From Abditibacterium sp. (GTDB lineage: Bacteria > Armatimonadota > Abditibacteriia > Abditibacteriales > Abditibacteriaceae), in the NCBI GenBank assembly GCA_965246885.1, contig OZ251992.1, forward strand, positions 800,001 through 864,000: DNA of 64,000 bases. The letters run 5' to 3'. This document shows, piece by piece, positions 30,003-38,396 of this stretch (its first letter is position 1; every line of letters begins with the position of its first letter). The notes beneath the pieces are model-generated. The model was not told the origin of the DNA. It was given only the letters and a program-made list of their open reading frames with translations, and did no database searches. Both the position numbers and the translations under genes were made by a program.

Positions 30003-30908
30003 ATGTTCCCCCTGTCCATCTTCGCCCGCAAAAAGGCCGACAAAATCCCGCTTGCAATGGTCGCCCTTTCCGACGCGCCGTCCGCTCAAATCGCGTGCGA
30101 CGCGGGGCTGGACGCCCTGCTTGTGGGCGATTCTTTGGGCAATACCGCGCTTGGTTTCGATTCCACTCTCCCCGTCACGATGGACATGATGGCGCACCAT
30201 CTCGCCGCCGTCGTGCGCGGCGTCAAAGCCTCCGCGCGCCCCGACACGCCCATCATCGCCGATATGCCCTTCGGCTCCTATGCGACGGTGGATAAGGGCG
30301 TCGAAAACGCGGTGCGCTTGATGCAAGGGGGCGCGCACGGCGTGAAAATTGAATCACCGCCTCTGTCTCTCACACACTCTATGTTGTTGCCTTTGTATGC
30401 TGCTCTGCGCTCGACGGGCGTTCCGGTGATGGGGCATATTGGCTTCACGCCACAATCGCAACTCGCTCTGGGCGGCGTCGTGCAAGGCAAAACGGCGGAC
30501 GAGGCTCTCTCCCTGCTCACCCAAGCCAAGTTCGTGTCGGCATCGGGATGTTTCGCCGTTGTCTTGGAAGCCACCACCGAGGAAGTGGCGAGCAAGATCA
30601 CCGACTGGCTTCCCTGCGCTACCATCGGCATCGGCGCCGGTAACGGTTGCGATGGGCAGGTGTTGGTGTGGCACGACTTAGTGGGCATTTCGGCACGGAC
30701 TTTGAAGATGGCCAAAGCCTACACTGACACGCGGCAAAATTGGCTGGATGCTCTGGCCCAATACAAGCGCGAAGTCGAGGGCAAAGCGTTCCCCACCACC
30801 GACAACAGTTGGCACATGGCGCCCGACGAGCGGGAACAGTTTGTGCAACTGCTGGAAGGTGAATGGGAAAAGGATTTCGGAGCTTCCGACCCCTTCGCCA
30901 ATGACTGA
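30003..30908 (+). CDS. panB: 3-methyl-2-oxobutanoate hydroxymethyltransferase
   Basis: LLVGDSLG, ADMPFGSY, MGHIGFTPQ, IGIGAG..CDGQVLVWHD. Confidence 0.96.
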   Translation: MFPLSIFARKKADKIPLAMVALSDAPSAQIACDAGLDALLVGDSLGNTALGFDSTLPVTMDMMAHHLAAVVRGVKASARPDTPIIADMPFGSYATVDKGVENAVRLMQGGAHGVKIESPPLSLTHSMLLPLYAALRSTGVPVMGHIGFTPQSQLALGGVVQGKTADEALSLLTQAKFVSASGCFAVVLEATTEEVASKITDWLPCATIGIGAGNGCDGQVLVWHDLVGISARTLKMAKAYTDTRQNWLDALAQYKREVEGKAFPTTDNSWHMAPDEREQFVQLLEGEWEKDFGASDPFAND

Positions 30909-31767
30909 ACTCCCCATGCACCTCTTCTCCGACCCGCGCGCGATGCAGCGCCAGTGCGCCGCTTGGCATTGCCAGAGCCAAACGATTGGTTTCGGGCCGA
31001 CAATGGGCGCGCTTCATGCCGGACATTTGGCGCTGGCCCGCCGCGCCAAGGCGGAAAATGATCGGCTGGTGGCGTCCATCTTCGTCAATCCCGCACAGTT
31101 CGGCCCGCACGAGGACTTGAATCGCTACCCGCACCCGTTCGAGCGTGACTGCGAACTGTTGCGCGAGGCCGGTTGCGACGCCATCTTCGCGCCGACCAAG
31201 GAAGCGATGTATGGCGACACCGACTTCCGGCACGGCACGTGGGTGGACGTGACGCCCTTCGATGAGATGTGGGAAGGCGTGACGCGCCCCGGCCATCTGC
31301 GCGGCGTGGCGACGGTCGTGACCAAGCTGTTCAACATCTGCGCCCCGACGCGCGCTTATTTTGGTGAGAAAGATTTTCAACAGCTACGCGTCGTGCAAGC
31401 GCTCGTGCACGACCTCAATTTCCCAACCGAAGTCGTGCCGTGCGAGACTATTCGTGAAGCCGACGGCTTGGCGCTGAGCAGTCGCAATGCATATCTTTCG
31501 CCCGACGAGCGGCAAAGCGCGGCGGTGATTTTCCGGGCAATGCAAGCCGGGAAGCAACTGGCCGGGGTCGGCGAGAAATCCGTCGCCCGCATCGGCGAGG
31601 AGATTGGCCGCGTGTTGCAAAGCGAGCCGGAACTCAAGCCGCAATACGTGGCAGTTGTGGACGCCGACAGGCTCGCGCCCTTGCGCGAACTGACCGGCAC
31701 CCCCGCGCGCATCCTGTTTGCGGGACACTTGGGCAAAACGAGGTTAATTGACAACTTAGCGCTGTAG
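30901..31767 (+). CDS. panC: pantoate--beta-alanine ligase
   Basis: PTMGALHAGH, SIFVNPAQF, RPGHLRGV, FGEKDFQQ, DGLALSSRN, RLIDN. Start at 30901 or 30916. Confidence 0.96.
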   Translation: MTELPMHLFSDPRAMQRQCAAWHCQSQTIGFGPTMGALHAGHLALARRAKAENDRLVASIFVNPAQFGPHEDLNRYPHPFERDCELLREAGCDAIFAPTKEAMYGDTDFRHGTWVDVTPFDEMWEGVTRPGHLRGVATVVTKLFNICAPTRAYFGEKDFQQLRVVQALVHDLNFPTEVVPCETIREADGLALSSRNAYLSPDERQSAAVIFRAMQAGKQLAGVGEKSVARIGEEIGRVLQSEPELKPQYVAVVDADRLAPLRELTGTPARILFAGHLGKTRLIDNLAL

Positions 31768-31787
31768 TTCTGCGATTCCCGCAACCC

Positions 31788-31922
31788 GGCGGACGATTCG
31801 CGTGCGCGCGCGGACGGAAGAATTAGGTGCGCGGACGAAATAACTGGTTGCGCCGACGAAAGAATTAGGCGCGCGGACGGTTCGCCGGTGTGGGCGGATG
31901 CTCCGCCGATGACGGCGGACGA
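31788..31922. repeat. 21-bp-period array B (GCGGACG cores, variable linkers)
   Basis: GAC/GAT core at 31792, 31813, 31834, 31855, 31876, 31897 and 31918, each preceded by GCG or GCC. Confidence 0.88.
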
Positions 31923-31964
31923 GAAAACTACCTCTGTCATCGCGTCGCCGACGCCCCTCTCGCC

Positions 31965-32933
31965 ATGAAAACCGCCTTTTTTACTTCGCCCCGCTTCGGT
32001 GAACACGACAACGGTTCCGGTCATCCCGAACGGCCCGCGCGCATGGAAGCCATCAGCGCCGCTTTGCGTGAGGTCGGCCTCTGGGAAGCGCTCGACCACC
32101 GCGCCTTTGAAATGGCGTCCGAAGCTGATTTGGAAACCTGCCACACCCGCGCCCACATCGAGCGCGTCCGGCAAATGGCCCAAAGCGGCGGCGGGATGCT
32201 CGACGGCGATACGGGCGTCGGCCCCGCCTCTTTTGAGGTGGCGGGTCTGGTTGTCGGCGCCGCCATCGAAGCGGTGCGATTGGTTATGCAGGGTGAGGCG
32301 CGCAACGCGTTCGTCTGCTCTCGCCCGCCGGGACATCACGCCGAAAGCGGGCGCGACCCCTATGCCCCTTGGGGCTTTTGCTTGTTCAACGCCGTCGCCA
32401 TTGCCGCGCGCGCCGCCCAGCGCGACTGGGGCGCGGCGCGCGTGGCCATCCTCGACTTCGACGTGCATCACGGCAACGGCACGCAGGAGATTTTCTATTC
32501 TGACCCGTCCGTCCTCTTCGTGTCGCTGCATCAGTCCCCGCTTTTCCCCGGAACCGGCGCGGCATCCGAAAGCGGGAGCGGCGCGGGCGAGGGATTCACC
32601 GTCAATTACCCGCTTCCGGCTGGTTCGAGCGGCGCCGTCTACCACCGCGTTTGGGGGAGGGTCGGGGCGCGCGTGCGCGAGTTCAAGCCCGATTTGATCT
32701 TGCTTTCCGCGGGTTATGACGCGCACGACGGCGACCCGTTGGGCGGCATGCAACTGACCTCGGACGACTTCGGCGCTCTTGTTTACGACGCCCAAAGTTG
32801 GGCCGACGAACTGTGCGGCGGCAAACTCGTCGCCCTCTTGGAAGGCGGCTACGACCTCAATGCCCTCGCCGCGAGCGTCGCCATCACCTTGGGCGTATTG
32901 AGTGGGAGAATAGTGGAGGAGTTGCACGGGTGA
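31965..32933 (+). CDS. histone deacetylase family (Zn-dependent) protein
   Basis: HPERPAR, RPPGHHA, GFCLFN, DFDVHHGNGTQ, SAGYDAH..DPLG, LEGGY. Confidence 0.95.
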   Translation: MKTAFFTSPRFGEHDNGSGHPERPARMEAISAALREVGLWEALDHRAFEMASEADLETCHTRAHIERVRQMAQSGGGMLDGDTGVGPASFEVAGLVVGAAIEAVRLVMQGEARNAFVCSRPPGHHAESGRDPYAPWGFCLFNAVAIAARAAQRDWGAARVAILDFDVHHGNGTQEIFYSDPSVLFVSLHQSPLFPGTGAASESGSGAGEGFTVNYPLPAGSSGAVYHRVWGRVGARVREFKPDLILLSAGYDAHDGDPLGGMQLTSDDFGALVYDAQSWADELCGGKLVALLEGGYDLNALAASVAITLGVLSGRIVEELHG

Positions 32934-32936
32934 ACC

Positions 32937-33560
32937 TCACGGCGCCTCTATCGTATACGGCGTTCCAGCGAGGGGGTTGGGGCGCTTTGCAAAGGGCACG
33001 GCGGCATACTTCCGGTTCCACTTGGCGAACAGCGCCGCGACGGGCGCGGTTTTCTCGACAGAATCGGGCCTGCCGTGTGGGGCAATCACGTTCGCTTTGC
33101 CAACGTAGGTGTTCTGGCGCAAACATTCAAGCAATACGAAACCGTGTTGCATCCCGTCGTGGGGCGGGTAAACTTTCCAGTCGCGCAACACCGTTTGCGC
33201 GACGCGGCGCCTTGCCTTATCGGAAAGAGCAAACAGCGCTCGGTGCTCGCGTCCTCCGGCTTGCTGTGCCCAGAAGCGGACGATGGCCGCCACTTCGCGC
33301 GCGTCGTTGCTCCGTTCCAAGCGCTCCGCCAGAAAGACCGCCACCGCGTCGGGAACAGAGCCGCCGCCGTGTTCCCATGTTTGCCCGCGATACTCCTCCA
33401 AGAAGGCGCTCTTGTCGCTCGCGCCGTTGTACAGCAGGTGGAAGCGGTTCCAGCCGAGCGTGGTGCTGGGCACCATGCGCGCCACGAAATCCAGCGCCGT
33501 CGCGCCGCCAATGACTAAAACTCCGGCGACAACGGCGCGGCTCCAAAAGCGGGTTTTCAT
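32937..33560 (-). CDS. hypothetical protein with N-terminal TM/signal
   Basis: MKTRFWSRAVVAGVLVIGG. Co-directional with the upstream gene. Confidence 0.65.
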   Translation of the reverse strand: MKTRFWSRAVVAGVLVIGGATALDFVARMVPSTTLGWNRFHLLYNGASDKSAFLEEYRGQTWEHGGGSVPDAVAVFLAERLERSNDAREVAAIVRFWAQQAGGREHRALFALSDKARRRVAQTVLRDWKVYPPHDGMQHGFVLLECLRQNTYVGKANVIAPHGRPDSVEKTAPVAALFAKWNRKYAAVPFAKRPNPLAGTPYTIEAP

Positions 33561-33581
33561 GGCGAGTCCCAAGAAAAGACG

Positions 33582-35564
33582 TTACTCGAAGCGCGCGTTC
33601 CACAGGGTGGCGTCACCCGTAGCGACAAGAGTGAGCTTTTGCCAGCCGCCCTTGCCGCCGAAGTAGAGCAGGGTGGCGCCGCCTTCGTGCTTGAAGGGGG
33701 TGCCGACGACGCTGAGAGTGGGCGAGTCAATGCGCAACGTGGTGGCGCCGGACGGGACGCAGACCCAGCCGCTCGCGCGTTCTCCGGCTTTGAGGGTGAC
33801 GGGTGCGCGGGCGACTAAAGCGGCGTCGCTCAGGGGCGCGTTGAGGGCGGCGGGGAGGTAGAGCGTGAGCGACTTGCGCGCGGCGAAAGTCGTTTGGAGC
33901 GCGGCGTCAAGGGAGCCGAGCAAGTCTTGCGTGCGGATAAGCGCGCGGCGCGCGGCGATGTTTTGGGTTCCGGCCCCGCGCGCCGACAAGGGCGCAAACG
34001 CGCGGCCCAACAAGGGCGCGCCGTAGGTGCGCTCGGCCATGACGCACAACCCCTGCAAGAACTTGAGGTCGGAGGGGCTACCGTCCAAGCGCGGCGCGGT
34101 CGGGTCGGACGCGACGAAAAAGCGGCGCGCGGAAGCGGCGACGCGTTCGACGTGGAGTAGGGCACCGGCGTGAAAGTCGGGGCTGGGGTCGAGCGCGCCA
34201 GAGTTTTGCGCGGCCCACAGCATGCCAAGCGTTTCGCCCAAAGAGCCGTTGCCGTAGTTTTCCAAGGGCGCTTTAAAGCCGCCAAAGGGTGGCAGGGCGA
34301 CGTGGCCGTATTCGTGGAACAGTTCGCGCGTCCACTCGGCTTCGGAGCGCGCGTAGCCCGCTTTCCAGAACATGATCTCGCCCGGTGCGGTGCCCTCGGT
34401 TTGCCCGGCCAAGGCTTGCCAAGGCTTCATGAGCGCCGTCGGTTGCGCGACGAATATTTTGGGTTTGGGGCCGGTGTTGATGGGTGGCATTTTGGGGCCG
34501 AGTGCGGTGAGCACGACGGGGTCGTCGTCGTCTTGGGGCCACAGCGCCGAAATTTCGAGAAGGTAGAGGGTGGTGACGCCTTCTTGCTCGCCGCGCGAGT
34601 AGAGGTTAGTGGCGCCCAATTGGGTAGCGAAGAGGGCGTGGACGCGCAAGAACTGCGCGGCCAAGGCTTGTGCGCGCGCGGCGTCATCGCGGTTGGCGCG
34701 CGTGAGGAAGGGCGAAGCGTAAAAGACGCGCACGGTTTGGCGCCACTGTCCGGCGTTGGGGCCGAGGGCGATGCGCTCGTAACCCGCGACCATGCGGTTG
34801 AGCTTGACCGAGCCGGGCAAGCGGTCGAGCGCGGCGTCGGTTTCTTCGGCGCCAAGCCCCGCCTTGGGTCGGTAGAAGGGCGGGATTTGGACGAGCGACT
34901 GGTTGCGTTGCGCAGGCGGGAACAGTTGCCCTTCGGTGACGAGGAAAGCCGTTTTGGGAAGCGCGTCGAGCGGGGAGCGTCCGGCGGGGGCGGGGGCGAA
35001 ATCGAAGCGGCGGGCGTGCCACATGTCCTCGTGCGAGCGCGTGGCGATGCCATCTAACACGTCATCGGGTGCCACAAGCGGCAAGCCGCCGCGCAGGAGG
35101 GCGTTGAGTTCGGACTTGGCGTCGCGCACCAGCCGGTCGTCGGGCAAGACCCGCGCGTGTGCGAGCAAGGTCTTGGCGCGCACTAAGGCGGTGATGGCTT
35201 CGTCGCGCTGTCCGAACTGGTCGGCGGCGCGGCCCCAGCGCGCGTGCGCTTCGATGGCGAGGGGGGTGAGGCGGTCGGTGAGCGGGTCGTCGGGAAGCGC
35301 CGGGAGTGCGAGCGCGTTGCCGCCAGCGCTGGCGCCGAGGGCTTTGAGCGCGCTTTGAGCGGCACCGCGCAAGACGCTAACGGAGGCGGGGTTGTTGTCA
35401 TCCAACAGCGCCTGTCCTTTGGCAATGGCGTCCTGAGTGGCAAGGGAGATTTTGTCGTCGGGCGCCGGGGCAGGGGCGAGGGGGGCAAGCTCTTGGGCGA
35501 ACGAGGGCGCGGCGAGGGCGAGTAAGCACAAAAGCGCGCAGGGGCGCACAAAAAAGGGGGACAT
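33582..35564 (-). CDS. secreted protein with HExxH zincin-like motif
   Basis: Signal peptide ..PSFA, ELFHEYGH followed by GETLG (candidate third Zn ligand). Confidence 0.7.
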   Translation of the reverse strand: MSPFFVRPCALLCLLALAAPSFAQELAPLAPAPAPDDKISLATQDAIAKGQALLDDNNPASVSVLRGAAQSALKALGASAGGNALALPALPDDPLTDRLTPLAIEAHARWGRAADQFGQRDEAITALVRAKTLLAHARVLPDDRLVRDAKSELNALLRGGLPLVAPDDVLDGIATRSHEDMWHARRFDFAPAPAGRSPLDALPKTAFLVTEGQLFPPAQRNQSLVQIPPFYRPKAGLGAEETDAALDRLPGSVKLNRMVAGYERIALGPNAGQWRQTVRVFYASPFLTRANRDDAARAQALAAQFLRVHALFATQLGATNLYSRGEQEGVTTLYLLEISALWPQDDDDPVVLTALGPKMPPINTGPKPKIFVAQPTALMKPWQALAGQTEGTAPGEIMFWKAGYARSEAEWTRELFHEYGHVALPPFGGFKAPLENYGNGSLGETLGMLWAAQNSGALDPSPDFHAGALLHVERVAASARRFFVASDPTAPRLDGSPSDLKFLQGLCVMAERTYGAPLLGRAFAPLSARGAGTQNIAARRALIRTQDLLGSLDAALQTTFAARKSLTLYLPAALNAPLSDAALVARAPVTLKAGERASGWVCVPSGATTLRIDSPTLSVVGTPFKHEGGATLLYFGGKGGWQKLTLVATGDATLWNARFE

Positions 35565-35630
35565 GGAAGTGGATAATCAGCGAGCGTTAATTTTTCCGAC
35601 GCTTGCGCGGGGCTGTGGTTGCGCGCGCCG

Positions 35631-36671
35631 TTAGTGGCAAGCGAGCGAGTCCAGCACGTCGCTGGGGATGTGCTCGTTGGCGGCGCCGACCTCGGACTCA
35701 AAGGCGAAGACGCGGTTGGACGCTTCGCACACCCACACCAGCACGCGCGTCGGCGCGGTCTTGCGGCGCATAACGAGGTCGAAGAACACCGTCGCCAAGC
35801 GCGCGCGCGGATCGCGGGCGTGGCCGTAGTACACGAGGGCGTCGTGGCCGTTGATGGGTATGGTTTCGCCCTCGGCGCGGCGCAGCGTGAGCGCCTTGTT
35901 CTTGAAAGCGATGTTGTAGTCCGCCCACTCCTCTAAGGTCTTGCCTTCAAGGAGGACGTTGGCAACGGGAAAGCGCTGCACGCGCAGCCGTTCGGCGGGC
36001 CGTCCCCATCCCGCCATACCGGTGGGTTTGGGGCGCACCCATTCCCAGTCGAGCTTGGAAACGAGCATCTGCGAGCGCGCGAGCGGAAACTCGTCGGGGA
36101 TTTCGAGGGCCAACTCAAAGGCGGCCCAGCAGTCCCAGCCGCCCTCCCCGTCGCAGTCGAGCGACCCTAAAATCTCGCCCGCGACGCGCTCTACCCGGCG
36201 CGGCGCCTCGTGGTTCTGGCCCAGCAGGTGCGCGACCACGACGCGCTTGCACGTTTCGCACTCCCACGCCACGCCGTATCCGCTACTCGCCGCGCCCGTC
36301 GTGTCGCTCGTCCAACCGAATGAGACGACGCGGTTCTTGCCCTTGCGGTGCTTGGACACGAGGTGTAGCCCGTCCAACTGGGTGAAGGGGCGCTTCTCCT
36401 TTTTGGCAGTTTTGGCGAGCGTGGCGAGGAAGTTCTCGACGGTCTTTTCGACGTTGACGGCGGTTTTGGGGGTTTCCCACTTGATTTCCAAGCGCGCGCC
36501 ATCGGGGTCGTCTATGCGCAGGTCGCCGCGCGCGCGGTCGCCAAACACCTTGCCGGGGTTCCACTCGACCGGCACGTGCAAGGTCACGCCCTGCCAGCCA
36601 AGCGCATGGCGCGCGCGGCCCCATAAGGGCGGAGCGGCGGGGGCTTCGGGGGTAGTTTTGCCGTCTTTCAT
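35631..36671 (-). CDS. hypothetical protein
   Basis: ATG at 36671 within ORF 35631..37031, whose upstream part is the antisense shadow of polX. Contains WECETCKR and WVCEASNR. Confidence 0.7.
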   Translation of the reverse strand: MKDGKTTPEAPAAPPLWGRARHALGWQGVTLHVPVEWNPGKVFGDRARGDLRIDDPDGARLEIKWETPKTAVNVEKTVENFLATLAKTAKKEKRPFTQLDGLHLVSKHRKGKNRVVSFGWTSDTTGAASSGYGVAWECETCKRVVVAHLLGQNHEAPRRVERVAGEILGSLDCDGEGGWDCWAAFELALEIPDEFPLARSQMLVSKLDWEWVRPKPTGMAGWGRPAERLRVQRFPVANVLLEGKTLEEWADYNIAFKNKALTLRRAEGETIPINGHDALVYYGHARDPRARLATVFFDLVMRRKTAPTRVLVWVCEASNRVFAFESEVGAANEHIPSDVLDSLACH

Positions 36672-36683
36672 ACTCGAAGTATC
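36669..36683. promoter_or_regulatory. overlapping back-to-back -10-like hexamers (candidate bidirectional promoter)
   Basis: CATACT on + (36669-36674) and GATACT on - (36683-36678), between divergent ATGs only 12 bp apart. Confidence 0.5.
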
Positions 36684-38387
36684 ATGCAAAACGCCGCCCT
36701 CGCCCGCCAGTTCGAGCAAATCGCCGCGTATCTCGAACTGGCGGGCGACTCCATCTTCAAAATCCGCGCCTACCGCGAGGCCGCCGCCGCCATCGCCGAC
36801 TACCCCGCGCCCATCGAAGACGCCGACCTCGACGCCATCGAGGGACTGGGCACCGCAACCATCGCCAAGTCGCGCGAGTGGTTCAAATCGGGCAAAATCC
36901 GCGTCCTGGAGTCGCTCAAAACCCAGTTCCCGTCCGGCCTGCTCGACGTGTTGCGCGTGCCGGGACTTGGCCCGAAGAAAGTGCAACTGCTGTGGAAAGA
37001 AAAGGGCGTGGACTCGCTCCCGAAATTCCAAGCCGCATTAGAAAACGGCGATTTAGTGGGCCTCGCCGGATTCGGCCCGAAAACCCTCGACAATCTCCAG
37101 ACCGCGCTGCGACGCATGAGCGAATTGACCGCCCGCACCCCGCTCCCCGAAGCGACGGCGCTGGCGGCAAAGATACTCGCGCATCTGGCGGAAAAGGCGC
37201 CGGGCGTGCGCGTCGAAATCGCCGGGGACTTGCGGCGCGGGTGTGATACGGTTGGCAAGTTGATCCTCGTGGCGAGCGGGCAGGAAACGGAGGATAGACG
37301 GCGAACGCTGGATGATTTCGCTGAGTTTCCGGGGTTTGAGGCTGTCACTGAGCGTGGGAGGCGCCGTGTTTTGGCTCTCACTTTCGAGGGAATCGAGTGT
37401 GAACTCCACGCCACGTCCCCTGATCTTTTTGGCTCGGCGTTGTTCTTTCACACTGGCTCGAAGGCGCACTACGCGAAAAGCGGGGCTACCGCCTCCTTCC
37501 AATCAACTTCCGCCGCGCCCGATTGGAAGGAGGCGGTAGCCCCGCTTTTCCCCACCGAGCGCGAACTCTACGCCCACTTCAACGCCGATTACATCCCGCC
37601 CGAACTGCGCGAGGGGCAGGGCGAGTGGGAGTTGGCGCGCGCTCACAAACTCCCGAATCTCATCGAAACCTCTGACATCAAGGGCGATTTGCACACGCAC
37701 TCGACGTGGAGCGACGGCGTTGCCACCATCCGCCAGATGGCGGCGGCGATGAGCGCGCGCGGCTACGCCTATTTCGCGGTGTGCGACCACTCGAAGGCGC
37801 TCGCCATGACGAACGGACTCGACGCTTTTCGCGTGCGCGAGCAAGCCCACGAAATCGCCGAAGTGCAAGCCGACTTTCCCCACCTTCGCATCTTGCGCGG
37901 CATCGAGTGCGACATCCTGCGCGACGGGAGCATGGACTTGGACGACGAACTGCTGAGCGAACTCGACTTTGTCGTCGGCAGCGTTCATTCCGCTTTTAAC
38001 TTGCCCCTCGCCGAGCAAACCGACCGCATCATCAAGGCCATCCAGAACCCGCACGTTGACCTCATTGGCCACCCGACGGGCCGCGTGTTGGGCGTGCGCG
38101 CGCCGTATGATGTGGACGTGCCCGCCCTCATCGCCGCCGCTAAAGAAAGTGGTTGCGCGCTCGAAATCAACGCCAGCGAGCGCCTCGACCTCAAGGATGA
38201 ACACGCCCGTCTCGCCCGCGAAAGCGGCGTGATGCTGTGCATCAACACCGACGCGCACGGCCCCAAAATGCTGCCCAACATCGCCTTCGGCGTCGCCGTC
38301 GCCAGACGCGCCGGATGCGAGGAGCGCGACGTGCTGAACACTAAGTCACTCGATGAGTTGCGGCTTTGGCTCGGAAAGCGCGTCTAA
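36684..38387 (+). CDS. polX: PolX-PHP family protein with altered polymerase site
   Basis: FKIRAYREAA, VPGLGPKK, HTGSKAH, YIPPELRE. PHP motifs DLHTHSTWSDG, CDHS, GSVHS, GHPTGR, INTDAH. Confidence 0.92.
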   Translation: MQNAALARQFEQIAAYLELAGDSIFKIRAYREAAAAIADYPAPIEDADLDAIEGLGTATIAKSREWFKSGKIRVLESLKTQFPSGLLDVLRVPGLGPKKVQLLWKEKGVDSLPKFQAALENGDLVGLAGFGPKTLDNLQTALRRMSELTARTPLPEATALAAKILAHLAEKAPGVRVEIAGDLRRGCDTVGKLILVASGQETEDRRRTLDDFAEFPGFEAVTERGRRRVLALTFEGIECELHATSPDLFGSALFFHTGSKAHYAKSGATASFQSTSAAPDWKEAVAPLFPTERELYAHFNADYIPPELREGQGEWELARAHKLPNLIETSDIKGDLHTHSTWSDGVATIRQMAAAMSARGYAYFAVCDHSKALAMTNGLDAFRVREQAHEIAEVQADFPHLRILRGIECDILRDGSMDLDDELLSELDFVVGSVHSAFNLPLAEQTDRIIKAIQNPHVDLIGHPTGRVLGVRAPYDVDVPALIAAAKESGCALEINASERLDLKDEHARLARESGVMLCINTDAHGPKMLPNIAFGVAVARRAGCEERDVLNTKSLDELRLWLGKRV

Positions 38388-38396
38388 CCTCTTCGC

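Noticed and set aside
31765..31767. TAG reassignment (alternative genetic code)
   Set aside because: TAG ends ribE, ribBA, dop and panC at or near their expected C-termini, and no conserved gene shows an internal TAG.
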